Positions 35,604 to 55,255 of a DNA stretch of 64,000 nt are shown piece after piece; the first letter of the stretch is position 1, and each line of letters opens with the position of its first letter. The stretch is from Trichechus inunguis. Taxonomy: Eukaryota. Both the position numbers and the translations under genes were made by a program. The stretch is from positions 32,715,842 through 32,779,841 of the forward strand of contig CM102164.1 in assembly GCA_046562895.1 (NCBI GenBank). The letters run 5' to 3'. Below the pieces are notes generated by a model. It was not told the origin of the DNA. It did not search any database and saw nothing but the letters and a program-made list of their open reading frames with translations.

Positions 35604-37761
35604 ATTTATTGTTTCTCACAGTTTTGTGGACTGATGGACAGTTCTGGTCTGGGTCAGTTTGGCTGGGACACGATGATCTAGGGTAGCCCCACACACTACC
35701 TGGTTGCTGGCCTGGTGTCAGCTGGAGTGATGGCCATATGACTTATCATCCAGCTGGTTAACTCGGGCTCATTCATATAGTAATGAGAGAGGTCGCAGTA
35801 GCAACAAGAGAGGGCAAGCCCAGTTACACAAACACTTTTCAGGCATCTGCTTATATCACATTAGCTAATGGCCAAAGAAGGTCACATGTCCAACTGCAGA
35901 TTCAGTGAGTGGAGAAATAGTTGCCACCTCCTGATGGGAGGAGCTGCAGAGTCACCTTGCAAAAAGGCAAACATACAAGGATGGTAAGAATTTGTGGCCA
36001 TTTTTGCATCTACCGCATTGTCTTTAAGCTTATCATCTACATTTTTTTAATTGCTTGATCATTTTAATGGTTTCTGAACCAATCAAAATTATGCAGTACT
36101 TTAATTAAACTTACAAAATTTGAATCATGAAACACTTGAACAGAAACAAATATTTTCACCATCAAACGATAATGTATGCAAATAAATCACTGCAGCTCAC
36201 CACAGCACTCAGTTCAGAGCTGTGCCACAGCACGGAGATCCAGAGGGTCGCTATTTTTATCCTGTTTAACATAAACGTTTGTTAAGTGACAGTGAAATAT
36301 GGTGAAATCCAGGAGGGAGAGATTAAGACTGAGGATGAAGAATGGAGATAATAGTATCTATGTACCACACAGATGTATCTTGATGTCATTACAACTTTCC
36401 CAGGAATGCTCATAGCATGTAGGTTCTCAAACTGACATTGAGCATTCACTTTTACTTTTAAAACCCATCATTAAGGGAACAGAACAATCAATGATTACAA
36501 ATAATAAATAAAAAAGAATTAATAGCCTTAGCATTAACCTACAACCTATTGCAAGTTTGGAAAAAATACTGAACTATCAGAAGCTAATATGTTACATTTT
36601 GCCTATATGGGGGATGTGTGTCTGTGTGTATGTTTGTGTTTGTAGATTTATGTTTGTGTGTAAATAATGTGAACCACTGCTCTTCCTAGCATAAGCCATA
36701 AACTTTTGCTCTGATTAACACCTACGTTTATTTTGTGGAAAATGCACTACACATTCTTGGAAACAAATGCTAACTAAAGTGTCATAATGATAATTTAACA
36801 AACTTCATTTTCTTCATTTAAAATTCTCTTAAATGAAATAAAATAAAGATATCCTCTAGAAATGCAGTAAAGGTGGTTTTAACATCAAATTTTTGTATGT
36901 CAAGTGGTAGTCTCTAGAGTTTATCAGTGATACATCCTTTCAAAAGCTACCTAAACACTTATTAAATCTTCAGTAAGATTAAAAAAAAATTTTTAAAAAG
37001 AGGATGAAATTTATAGATTAACTATAGCAGCAGAACAACAGTTGCACCAGTAACTATATCCTAGCATGTGGGAATCAGTTTACAATATTTATGATTGATC
37101 CTGCTAGTAAATTGCTCTCAACCACTGCGCCACCAGGGCTTCTTCCTTATAGGAGACAGTGGGATTTTTCTTACATATCGTGGCTAATTATTGTTAAAAA
37201 AAAAATTACATACCTCGCCATGTATCACATTCACATTCAAAACTTAATGCTATCCAACACTGGAATCAGAACACATGGCAATTCTATTGTGAAACAAACA
37301 TGAACAATAAAATGACCATCAACTCATGAAAAAGATGAAAATAACAAAAAAGCCCTGAATATAGTCAGAATCTGTTTTCTAAAGTCCTGGAAGAAAGTTT
37401 CATCAGTTATGCCTGGGTCTCTGAGAACTTGAGCGTTCTGACTAAAGGTAAGTTTTGGTAAGGATTAAAATTTTACACTGGTTCTTCCCATTCAGAATAA
37501 ACGTTCAAGTGTTAGGCAGCTTTTGGTGTTCTATATTCTTTATAGCTAATATTATTCTAATTTTAATTTGATGCGAACAAATAATTCTTTTCTCTGAACT
37601 TCAGTTTGGGGAGTATGACAAGTGAGGGAAGCTACATTTTGCCATAACTTAAAGGCTCACTTTCATCCTTCTGGGACAGGCAACGTAAAAAAATATTTAC
37701 CACACACCACAATTTCATGCTTATAGTACTCTTTAAAAGAAAAAAACTCAAAAAACAAAAA

Positions 37762-37885
37762 ACCAAACCCATTGCCTTCAGGTCGGTTAAGACTCATAGT
37801 GACTCTACAGGACAGAGTATAACTGTCGCATAGGATTTCCAAGGCTGTAAATATTTACAGAAGCAGACTGCCACATCTTTCTCCC
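37762..37885 (-). mobile_element. AfroSINE, 5'-truncated, in reverse orientation.
   Basis: It contains cattgccttcaggtcggttaagactcatagtgactctacaggacagagtataactgtcgcataggatttccaaggctgtaaatatttacagaagcagactgccacatc. Confidence 0.75.
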
Positions 37886-38404
37886 AATTATCATTTACAT
37901 TTTTAAAAATCATTCCATATCTATTAAAATATAATTTATATATAGTGTATAATTCTCAGATTTTTATTTAATTTTCTATTTTACTACTGCAGGTTATGAT
38001 TATTTGGTACATAATATGTATCTGGTATATATAGCTTTCTGCTATATTCAGATAAATTTAAATACACAGGTCTATATTCTTTGGATTCAGGGTTTGAGAC
38101 TGCCTCAAACTGCATCTTTCCGCCTAAATGTATCTTTATAAATTAATCTTAGAATTCTAGGAGAGTAACTGATGTGATAATGGTCACACTGCTAAAACTT
38201 ACATTGCATAATTTTGTAATTTATTTATGACTATATTATTAATGTAGTTAATATAATTCAGGTAATTGATCATTAATGTTAATGGAATTACAATAATTGT
38301 GCTCATTAATGCAAATGACTAGGTTTTCCTACTTGATAGGTATATGCAAACTGATAATGTGATATTAATCCATGATTTATTGTCATTGTTTGTTTGTTTT
38401 GTAG

Positions 38405-38542
38405 CACACAGACTGCAAAGCTGTAATTAGCACTGTGGAAGGTAGTTCCTTAGACAGCAATGGATTTTCTCTCCACATCGGTTTGTCTGATGCATATCTC
38501 CCAAGAATGTGGGTTGAAAAATATCCTGATAAAGAAAGTGAG
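38405..38542 (+). CDS. PARP4: PARP4 exon (between the VIT and vWA domains). The acceptor is ttttgtag at 38403-38404 and the donor is GTATAC at 38543.
   Basis: Translation is HTDCKAVISTVEGSSLDSNGFSLHIGLSDAYLPRMWVEKYPDKESE, in phase 0 on both sides. Confidence 0.85.
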
Positions 38543-38672
38543 GTATACTGCTTCTTACCTAGAAATAAGAGACACTTTTGAAAAAATATTTCAGAATAAA
38601 CTGGTTACTTAAATTTGCAAATTATTGATTGTCCTGAAAAACTAGCATTAGACAATGTTGGACCACATAGGA

Positions 38673-40436
38673 TTTTTATTTTTTTACTTTACTTTAGATG
38701 AAGGTTTACAGAGCAAATTAGTTTCTCATTAAACTATTAATACACATATTGTTTTGTGACATTGGTTGCCAACCTCACTACATGTCAACACTCTTCCCCT
38801 CTCAACCTTGGGTTCCCCATTACCAGCTTTCCTGTCCCCTCCTGCCTTCTTGTCCCTGCCCCTGAGCTGGTGTGTCCATTTAGTCTTGTTTTGTTTTATG
38901 GGCCTGTCTAATCTTTGGTTGAAGGGTGATCCTCAGCAGTGAGTTCAGTACTGAGTTAAAAGGATGTCCGGGGGCCATATTATCAGGATTTCTCCAATCT
39001 CTGTCAGACCGGTAAGTCTGGTCTTTTATTGTGAGTTAGAATTTTGTTCTACATTTTTCTCCATGTCTGTCTGGGACCCTGTATTGTGATCCCTGTCAAA
39101 GCAGTCGGTGTTGGTAGCCGGGCATCATCTAGTTGTGCTGCACTCAGTCTAGTGGAGGTTGTGGTAGTTGTGGTCCATCAGTCCTTTGGACTAATCTTTC
39201 CCTTGTGTCTTTGGTTTTCTTCATTCTCCCTTGCTCCAGACAGGGTGGGACCAGTGGAGTATCTTAGATGACTGCTCATAAGCTTTTAAGACCCCAGATA
39301 CTACTCACCAAAGTAGGATGCAGAATATTTTCTTTATAAACTGTGGTATGCCAGTTGAGCTAGATTGTCCCCAAAGACCATGGTCCTCAGCCCTCAGTCC
39401 AGTAATTTGGTCCCTCAGGAAGTTTGGATGTGTCTATGAAGCTTCCATGACCTTGCCTTGGTTAAGTTGTACTGACTTCCCCAGAATTGTGTACTGTCTT
39501 ACCCTGTCCCAAACTTTCCACTTATCTGTTGTCTAGTTGGTGTTTTTCCCTCTCCACACCTCCCCTTCCTAGTAACTATCAAAGATTGTTAATTTTTGTT
39601 TGTAAACCTTTTCATGAGTTTTTATAATAGTGGTCTCGTACAGTATTTGTCCTTTCGTGATTGACTTATTACACTCAGCATAGTGCCCTCCAGGTTAATC
39701 CATGTTGTGAAATGTTTCGCCGATTCATCATTGTTCTTTATTGTTGTGTAGTATTCCAATGTGTGTATGTGTCATAGTTTATCTATTCATCTGTTGATGA
39801 GTACTTAGGTTGTTTCCATCTTTTTCCTATTGTGAATAATGCTGCAATGAACATGGGTGTACACATGTCTATTTGTGTGATGGCTCTTATTTCTCTAGCA
39901 TATATTCCTAGGAATGGGATTACTGGATTCTATGATATTTCTATTTGTAGCTTTTTAAGGAAGCACCATATCGTTTTCCTAAATGATTGTACGATTTTAC
40001 ATTCCCAACAGCAGTGCATAAGAGTTCCAAGCTTCCTGTAGCCTCTCCAATATTTGTTACTTTCTGTTTTTTTGATTTGTGCCAGTACTGTCGGGGTGAG
40101 ATGGTATCTCATTGTATTTTTGATTTGCATTTCTCCAATGACTAGTGATCTCTACCCTTTCCTCATGTGTCTGTTAGCTGCCTGAATGTCTTCTTTGGTG
40201 AAGTGTCTGTTCATTTCCTTTGCCCATTTTTTAATTGGATTATTTGTCTTTTTGTTGCAGAGGTGTTGGATTTTCCTGTAGATTTTAGAGATTAGACCTT
40301 GGTCAGATTTGTCATAGCCCAAAATATTTCCCAGTCTGTAGGTTCTCTTTCTACACTTTTGGTGAAGTCTTTTGATGAACATAAATATTTACTTTTTAGA
40401 AGATCCCAGTTATCTAGCTTATCTTCTGATGTTTGA
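38673..40436 (-). mobile_element. L1 copy G. It consists of the 3' UTR plus the ORF2 C-terminus.
   Basis: Poly-T plus actttagatgaaggtttacagagcaaattag. The reverse ORFs at 39930-40130 and 40152-40382 read ...[26 protein letters not shown]. Confidence 0.8.
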
Positions 40437-40938
40437 CACAAAAGGATTTTTAGGCCATTGTGTTCATTTCTAACCTCTCATGGGCTTATGGCCTACATGT
40501 TAGAAACTCCAGCACTGACATTCTACTTTTTATTTGAACTCTTAGTCAACTACCTTGTTGTTGAATAAATCTTAATTCTTTTTATTTTATGGTATTATTT
40601 TACCTTACAAGAAAATCTGGGAATTTTACATACATCTTTTCCAATAAAAATTTCACATTGATGCAAATTCTGCAGATCTTAGCTCTATGTTTTGTACTTT
40701 GGAGCTATGTCTGAAATGTTATTTTTATATAAATTATAGCATTTTATTTATATTTTATATAATATGTAATTTATATAGCTTCATATAAATTATATCATTT
40801 TTCAAATGCCACAGTGAAGCATGATAGTTAAAGGGTGTGGAAACTGATAGACCTCTTTAGTAATGGGAATAAGCATATTTTAATTAATCTTTTCTGTAGA
40901 CATGGATTTCATACATTGGGTGTGCTGTGTCTCTGTGT

Positions 40939-40957
40939 ACACACACACACACACACA
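40939..40957. repeat. (CA)n microsatellite.
   Basis: The sequence is acacacacacacacacaca. Confidence 0.85.
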
Positions 40958-41123
40958 TTGGTTGGTTTGTCTTCTCACTTGTTTCAGGTTTGTAAGATTT
41001 TTCTTGCCAGCTATTATCACTGTACATGACACATGCCCATCAGAGTTCGGAACCCAATGAGTAACACCTTGCCTGAGCCCTGGAGCTTGTCACCAGTTTT
41101 TTTTTTGTTGTTGTTCACGTTCT

Positions 41124-42680
41124 TTTTTTTTTTTTTTTAATTTATTTCATTCTACTTTAGATGAAGGTTTATAGAACAAATAGTTTCTCATTAAACAGTA
41201 CACATATTATTTTATGACATCGATTAACAACCCCACGACATGTCAACACTCTCCACTTCTTGAACTTGGGTTCCCTATTACCAGCTTTCCTGTCCCCTCC
41301 TGCCTTCTAGTCCTTGTCCCTGGGCTGTTTTGCTGCATTAGTCTCAGTTTGTTTTATGGTCCTGTCTAATCTTTGGCTGAAGGGTGAACCTTGGGAGTGA
41401 CTTCATTACTGAGCTAAAAGGGTGTCCGGGGGCCATACTCTTGGAATTCCTAGAGTCTCTGTCAGGTCAGTAAGTCTGGTCTTTTTTTGTGAGTTAGAAT
41501 TTTGTTCTACATTATTCTCCAGCTCTGTCTGGGACCCTCTGTTGTGATCCCTGTCAGAGCAGTCAGTGATGGTAGCCGGGCACCATCTAGTTGTACTGGA
41601 CTCAGCCTGGTGGAGGCCATAGTAGTTGTGGTCCATTAGTCCTTTGGACTAATCTTTCCCTTGTGTCGTGTTCTCTTCCTTCTCCCTTGCTCCTGAAGGG
41701 GTGAGACCAGTGGAGTATCTTAGATGGCTGCTCACAGGCTTTTAAGACCCCAGATGCTACTTACCAAAGTAGACTGTAGAACATTTTCTTTTAAAATATG
41801 TTATGCCAGTTGAGCTAGATGTTCCCCAAAACCATGGTCCCCACAACTCTGAGCTCGGTAATTCAGTCCCTGAGGGAGTTTGGATGTGTCTATGGAGCTT
41901 CCATGACCTTGCCTTGTACAAGTTGTGCTGGCTTCCCCAGTATTGTGTACTGTCTTACCCTTCAATAAAGTTATCACTTATGTACTGTCTATTTAGTCTT
42001 CCCCCTCACCCTTCCCCTCCCTCATAAACATCATATATTGTTTCTTTTTGTGTGTAAACCTTTTCATGAGTTTTTACGGTAGTGGTCTCATACAATATTT
42101 GTCCTTTTGTGATTGACTTATTTCACATAGCATAACGCCCTCCAGATTCATCCATGTTATGAGATGCTTTGCAGATTCATCATTGTTCTATATCGTTGTG
42201 TAATACTCCATTGTGTTTATGTACCATAGTTTGTTTATCCATTCATCTGTTGATGGACATCTGGGTTGTTTCCATCTTTTTGCTCTTGTGAACAATGCTG
42301 CATTGAACACGGGTGTGCATGTATCTATTCGCGTGACAGCTGTTAATTCTCTAGGATATATTCCTAGGAGTGCGATTGCTGGATCATATGATATTTCTAT
42401 TTCCTTTCTAAGGAAGCGCCATATTTTCCAAAATGGTTGTATCATTTTACGTTCTCACCAGCAGTGCATGAATTCCGATCTCCCTCTAGCCTCTCCAACA
42501 TTTGTTATTTCCAGTTTTTTTTATTCATGCCAGTAATGCTGGGGTGAGATGATATCTCATCATGGTTTTGATTTGCATTTCTCTAATGGCTAGTGATCAC
42601 GAGCATTTTCTCATGTGTCTGTTGGCTGCTTGAATGTCTTCTTTGGTGAAGTGTCTGTTCATTTCCTTTGCCCGTTTTTA
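41124..42680 (-). mobile_element. L1 copy H. It consists of the 3' UTR plus the ORF2 C-terminus.
   Basis: Poly-T plus ctactttagatgaaggtttatagaacaaatag. The reverse ORF at 42188-42445 is the L1 ORF2 C-terminal end. Confidence 0.8.
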
Positions 42681-42735
42681 TTTATTTATTTATTTATTGT
42701 GGGGTTTTTTCCTTTCAGGAAAGTCACAGACAGGA

Positions 42736-45700
42736 GTTTTTTTTTTTTTCTTTTTTTTTTTTAATCGTACTTCAGGTGAAGGTTTACAGAACAAATAGTC
42801 TCTCATTAAACAGTAGTACACATATTGTTTTATGACATTGGTTAACAACCCCACGACATGTCAACCTTCTCCCTTCTCGACTTTTTTTTTTTTTTTTTTT
42901 GGTGAAAATATACATAGCCAAAGATACACCATGTCAAAAATTTCTACATGCACAGTTCAGTGACATTGACTACGCTCTTCCAATTGTGCTGCTATTCTCA
43001 CTGTAGATGAAGGCTTACAGAACAAAATAGTTTCTCATTAAACAGTTAGTACACATGTTGCCCTATGACAATGGTTAACAACCTCACATCAACACTGTCC
43101 TTACTCAACCTTGGGTTCCCTATCACCAGCTTTCTTGTCCCCTTCTGCCCTCTAGCCTTTGTCCTTGGACTGCTGTGCCTCATTAGTCCTGTTTTGTTTT
43201 ATGGTGCTGTCCAATCCCCAGCTGAATGGTGAACCTCGGAAGTGACTTCACCACTGAGCTAAAACGGTGTCTGGGGGCTATACTTTCGGGATTTCTCCAG
43301 TCTCCTTTAGGCCAGTAAATCTGGTCTTTTTTTGTGTGTGTTAGAATTTTGTTCTACATCCTTCTCCAGCTCCGTCCAGAGCCCTCTGTTGTGATCCCAG
43401 TCAGAGCAGTCAGTGGTGGTAGCCAGGCAACATCTAGCTGTACTGGACTCAGTCTGGTGGAGGCCTTGGTAGCTGTGGTCCATTAGTCCTTTGGACTAAT
43501 CTTTTCCTTGTATCCTGTTCTCTTCATTCTCCCTTGCACCCGAAGGGATGAGACCAGTGAAGTATCTTAGATGGCTGCTCACAGGCTTTTAAGATCCCAG
43601 ATGCTACTCACCAAGGTAGAATGTAGAACATTGTCTTTATAAACTGTGTTATGCCAGTTGAGTTAGATGTTCCCCGAGACCATGGTCACCACAGCCTCCG
43701 CCCAGCAATTCAGTTCCTCAGGGAGATTGGATGTGTCTATGGAGCTTCCATGACCTTGCCTTGTACAAGTTGTGCTGGTTACCCCAGTACTGTGTACTGT
43801 CTCACCCTTCACCAAAGATACCACTTATCTATTGCCTATTTAGTATTCCCCCAGCCCCACCCCTCCCATCCCTGGTAACCAACAAAGATTGTTACTTTTT
43901 GTGTGTAAACTTTTTCATGGGTTTTTGCAATAGAGGTCTCATACAATAGTTGTCCTTTTGTGATTGACTTATTTCACTCAGCATAATGTCCTCCAGTTTC
44001 ATCCATGTTATGAGATGCTTCCCAGATTCATCATTGTTCTTTCTCGTTGCATAGTACTCCATTGTGTATATGTACCATAGTTTGTTTATCCATTCATCTG
44101 TTGATGGGCATCTGGGTTGTTTGCATCTTTTTGCTATTGTGAACAGTGCTGCCGTGAACATGGGTGTGCATGTCTATTCGTGTGACGGCTCTTATTTCTC
44201 TAGGATATATTCTTAGGAGTGGGATTGCTGGATCGTATGGTATTTCTATTCTAGCTCTCTGAGGAAGCACCATGTCCTTTTCCAAAATGGTTGTATCATT
44301 TTGCATTCCCACCAGCAGTGCATAAGAGTTCCGATCTCCCTGCAGCCTCTCCAACATTTGTTATTTCCAGTGTTTTTGATTTGTGCCAGTAATGCCGGGG
44401 TGAGATGGTATCTCATTGTGGTTTTAATTTGCATTTCTCTAATGGCTAGTGAACGCAAACATTTCCTCATGTGTCTGTTGGCTTCTTGAATGTTTTCTTT
44501 GGTGAAGTGTCTGTTCATTTCCTTTGCTCGTTTTTTAATAGGATTATTTGTCTTTTTGTTGTAGAGGTGTTGGATTTTCTTGTAGATTATGGAGATTAGA
44601 CCTTTGTCTGAGTTGGACCGTCCAAAAATTTTCTCCTAGCCTGTAGGTTCTCTTGACTCTTTTGGTGAAGTCTTTTGAAGAGCATAGGTGTTTGATTTTT
44701 AGAAGATCCCAGTTATCTAGCTTATCTTCTGGGGTTTGTGTGTTGATATTTATGGTTTGTATCCTGTTAATGCCATGTATTTGGGCCTGTAGCATTGGTC
44801 CTATTTTTTCTTCTATGAACTTTATAGTTGTTGGCTTTATATTTAGGTCTTTGATCCATTTTGAATTAGTTTTTGTATATGGCGTGAGGTATGGGTCCTG
44901 TTTCATTTTTTTGCAGATGAATATCCAGTTTTCCCAGCACAATTTGTTAAAAAGACTGTCTTTTCCCCATTTGATGGACTTTGGGCCCTTGTCGAAGATC
45001 AGATGACCGTAGGTGGATGGATTTACATCTGGGCTCTCAATTCTCTTCCATTGGTGGATGTATCTGTCGTTGTACCAGTACCAGGCTGTTTTGACTACCG
45101 TAGCTGTATAGTAGGTTCTGAGATCAGGTAGTGTGAGTCCTCCAAGTTTATTCTTCTTCTTCAATAGTGCTTTACTTATTTGGGGCTTCTTCCCTTTCCA
45201 TATAAAGTTAATGATTAGTTTTTCCATCTCTTTGAAGAATGTGGTTGGTATTTGGATTGGGATTGCATTGTATTTGTAAATTGCTTTGGGTAGAATTGTC
45301 ATTTTCACAATGTTGAGTCTACCTATCCCGGAGCATGGTATGTTTTTCCATTTATGTAGATCCCTTTGAGTTTCTTGCAGTAGTGTTTTGTGGTTTTCTT
45401 TGTATAGGTCTTTTACATCCCTGGTTAGATTTATTCTTAAGTATTTTTCTTTTTTAGGGGTTATTATAAATGGTATTATTTTCCGGATTTCCTTTGCATC
45501 ATTCTCTTTTTTGGTGTATAGGAATCCAACTGATTTTTGTATGTTTGTCTTGTATCCTGCTACTCTGCTGAATCTTTCTATTAGTTCCAGTAGATTTCTC
45601 GTGGAGTCTTTAGGGTTTTCTACGTATAGTATCATATCATCTGCAAACAGGGACAGTTTAACTTCTTCATTACCAATTGGGATGCCCTTTATTTCTTTTT

Positions 45701-47700
45701 CTTGCCTTATTGCTCTAGCTGGGAGTTTGAGCACAATGTTAAATAGGAGTGGTGATAAAGGGCATCCTTGTCTTATTTCTGTTCTCAAGGGGAGTGTTCT
45801 CAGCATCTCTCATCAAGAATGATGTTGGCTGTTGGTTTTTCATAGATGCCGTTTATTATGTTGAGAAATTTCCCTTCTATACCTATTTTATTGAGAGTTT
45901 TTATCAGGAATGGGTGTTGGACTTTGTCGAATGCCTTTTCTGCATCAAGTGAGATGATCATGTGATTCTTTTCTTTCCTTTTATTTATGTGGTACATTAC
46001 GTTGATTGATTTTTTAATGTTGATCCATCCTTGCATACATGGTATGAATCCTACTTGGTCGTGGTATATTATTTTTTTGATATGATGCTGAATTCTACTG
46101 GCTAGAATTTTGTTGAGAATTTTTCATCTATATTCATGAGAGATATTGGGCTGTAATTTTATTTTTTTGTGGCATCTTAGCCTGGCTACGGTATCAGCAT
46201 TATGCTGGCTTCTTAGAATGAATTCGGAAGTGTTGCTTCCTTTTCTACGCTCTGAAATAGCTTGAGTAGTACTGGTACAAGCTCTTCTGTGAATGTTTTG
46301 TAGAATTCTCCAGTGAAGCCATCTGGGCCAGGGCTTTTTTTTGTTGGAAGTTTTTTTATTACCTTTTCAATCTCTTCTCTTGTTATGGGTCTGTTCACAT
46401 TTTCAACATCACTTTGTGGTAGTTTGGGTAGGTAGCGTGTTTCTAGAAATTTGTTCATTGCCTCTAGGTTTTCAAATTTGTTGGAGTATAGTTTTTGATA
46501 ATATTCTGTTATGATCCTTTTTCTTTCAGTTGGGTCTGTTGTAAGGTCGCTGATTTTATTTCTTATTTGGCTTATTTGCATCCTCTCCTGTTTTTCTTTT
46601 GTCTGTCTGGCCAGTGGTTTGTCGATTTTGTTGATTCTTTCTTAGAACCAACTTTTGGTTTTGTGGATTCTTTCTATTGTTTCTCTGTTCTCTATTTCAT
46701 TTATTTCTGCTCTGATCTTTATTATTGCCTTTCTTCTGGTGCCTGTGGGCTTTTTTATTGCTGTTCTCTTTCTATTTGTTTGAGTTTCTGTAGTTAATGT
46801 TTTGATTTTGTCCCTTTCTTCTTTTTTGATGTGTGCATCTGTAGCTATAAATTGTCCTCTGAGGATTGCCTTTGCTGTGTCCCAAAGGTTTTGGTATGAT
46901 GTGTTTTCATTCTTGTTTGATTCTCGGAATTTTTTGATTCCATCTCTGATTTCTTCTAGTACCCAGTGATGTTTAAGCAGGGTATTATTCAGTTTCCCTG
47001 TGATTGATTATATTTCCTTGCTCTTTGTGTTGTTAATTTCTACCTTGATGGCATTGTGGTCATAGAAGATACTTTGAATTATCTCAACGTTTTGGATCTT
47101 GTTGAGGATTGCTCTGTGGCCTAAGATGTGGTCTATTCCGGAGAATGTTCCATGTGCATTGGAAAAGAATGTGTACTTTGCAGCTGTTGGATGGAGTGTC
47201 CTATGTAAGTCTATGAGGTCATGTTGGCTGATTGTGCCCTTTAGTTTCTTTTTAGTTGTTCTGTCCTTTACTGGGAGTAGTGTGTTGAAGTCTCCTACTA
47301 TTATTGTGGAACTGTCAATTTCTCTTTTCAGTGTTGTTAGAGTTTGTTTTATGTATTTTGGAGCCCTGTCATTGGGTGTGTAGATGTTTATTATGGTTAT
47401 GTCTTCATGATAGATCGTCCCCTTAATCATTATATAGTGTCCTTTTTTGTCTTTTATGGTGGATTTTGTTTTAAAATCTATTTTGTCTGAGATTAGTGTT
47501 GCCATTCCTGCTGTCTTTTGGTAGTTGTTAGCGTGATATATTTTTTTCTAACCTTTGACGTTTAATAAATTCACGTCTTTGTTTCTAAAGTGTATCTCTT
47601 GTAGACAGCATATTGATGGATCCTGTTTTCTTATGCATTCTGTCACTCTCCGCAGAGACAGGAGTTTTTATGTTGTTCCTAAAATACAGGACTTGTAAGA
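42736..47700 (-). mobile_element. L1 copy I, about 5 kb. It has a poly-A tail, a full 3' UTR with the internal duplication, and nearly complete ORF2 broken by frameshifts. It is 5'-truncated near the ORF2 start.
   Basis: The reverse ORF at 44544-45806 (420 aa) spans the RT domain (...FADDMILY...) and the C-terminal region. ORF 46213-46581 carries the linker upstream of RT (TDPTE...YYQKLY...[11 protein letters not shown]). ORF 47008-47505 carries the endonuclease domain. The sequence at 47600-47690 matches the ORF2 N-terminus (..IRKQDPSICC.QE.H.). Confidence 0.9.
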
Positions 47701-48124
47701 AAATGTTGCTCATGCCTTATTTAAAATGCTTGTAAGACAAATAATTCTTGTAGTGGGTCAGATAAAGATACATTTAGGTTCTTGTTAGTATAGTTTATTG
47801 GCCTACTTGTTCTTGTTACCCTTAAGCCCCCAAATTAAAGTATTACTTTCTGTTCAGCTTTTTACTTGATACTGAGGGGCATGTATTTGTCTAGCTCTGG
47901 AATTACTTTCAACCAATAGCACTTTTTTCTTTCCTCTGTGCTGTGTTCATGAATAAGGCCATCCAGAACCCACAGGTAACCATTCTTACCACACAGTGAT
48001 GTCCGCCTGCCCCTGTTGTAAATCACTGTGTTGGGTTAAACCAAGATGAAATTTGCTAATGCCTTTCTATACTTAGCTAACGTGATCTGGAGCAATTGGG
48101 TATACTAAATGAACACTTGCTTTG

Positions 48125-54250
<6,126 letters not shown>

Positions 54251-54620
54251 TGTTCTTTGTCAGTTTCTTATTCCATTCGGTGCTTGGCTGAGTTGTTTAT
54301 CTCTTCATTTGATGCTTAGGCTTCCAGGATTGACATTTTTCTCTGTTTGGCTTAGTTTTTCAGGTCTTTGCTTTGGAGGGACAGCTGGTGCTTCTATCTT
54401 ATAGTACCATTTTGCCCCTCGTCACCAATTTTTCATAGACCACTCTTTTTCTCTGTTACTGTATCCCAATTACATGTCTTTAATTTTTGTCCACTGTTTA
54501 GAAAGATTGTGTGGGTAGGTTTTTAGACTGAAATTTTATGGTTTCTTGACACATAAAGTAGTAGAGATATAAATAAGTCAGAGCATTTTAAGTTATAAGC
54601 TTTTTTTTTTTTTCTTTTAG

Positions 54621-54816
54621 GCTTGCATGCTTGTCTTTCAGCCAGATTTCAATATCACCCTCCCTGAAACAGCCAAGAGGAGTGAAGTGATTATCTGTCT
54701 TGATTGTTCCAATTCTATGAAGGGTGAAGCATTCTTGCAAGCTAAGAAAATTGCCTTATATGCACTGTCCCTGGTGGATAAAAACCAAAAAATAAACATT
54801 GTCAAGTTTGGTACAA
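54621..54816 (+). CDS. PARP4: PARP4 exon (start of the vWA domain, carrying the MIDAS motif D-C-S-N-S). The acceptor is a long poly-T tract ending in tag at 54619-54620 and the donor is A|GTAAGT at 54817.
   Basis: Translation is ACMLVFQPDFNITLPETAKRSEVIICLDCSNSMKGEAFLQAKKIALYALSLVDKNQKINIVKFGT plus one base. The DxSxS motif and the beta-strand/helix pattern are those of a von Willebrand A domain. Confidence 0.85.
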
Positions 54817-54939
54817 GTAAGTATTCTGGGGCTCTGAGCCAAAGTGAGCTTCCTCTTTAATATCAACACACTGTTGTGTAGAGCTGAATCAGTGAACCCG
54901 AACTCATTTGTAGAATGAAAGGTAGCATAGGGTTGAAGA

Positions 54940-55255
54940 TCAAGAGCTCTGGAGCCAGATTTCCTGGGTTCAAATTTCAGCTTTACTGCTAACACACAGG
55001 GTCGTCATGAGTCGGAATCAACTCGATGGCAACAACAACAGCAATAACCAATTACTAGCTATACATGTCACCTTATGCAAGTTTCTTGAACTTATGCCTC
55101 ACTTTACTCATCTGTAAATGAGGTTAATATGTAGGCCCTACCTCATAGGGTTGTTGTGAGGATTGAGTTAGGTAAGGTGCTTAAAGCAGTGCATATTACG
55201 TAGCGAGTGCTATGTAAATATAACTGTTAGCATTATTACTGACAGAACCAAAAGC
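54940..55255 (+). mobile_element. MIR SINE. It is interrupted by a short AfroSINE or RTE tail fragment at 54996-55045.
   Basis: The MIR head is gctctggagccagatttcctgggttcaaat. The MIR core is ctcactttactcatctgtaaatgaggttaatatgtaggccctacctcatagggttgttgtgaggattgag. The inserted fragment is cagggtcgtcatgagtcggaatcaactcgatggcaac. Confidence 0.6.

Noticed and set aside
35610-36000. A block containing cctcctgatgggaggagctgcagagtcaccttgcaaaaaggc, which looks like a repeat.
   Set aside because: It is probably an old interspersed repeat, but I cannot name the family from memory with any confidence, so I have not called it as a feature.
44544-45806. The longest ORF in the window, 420 aa on the minus strand.
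   Set aside because: It is L1 ORF2 (RT and C-terminal region) of L1 copy I, not a host gene. Adjacent ORF2 pieces lie in other frames.
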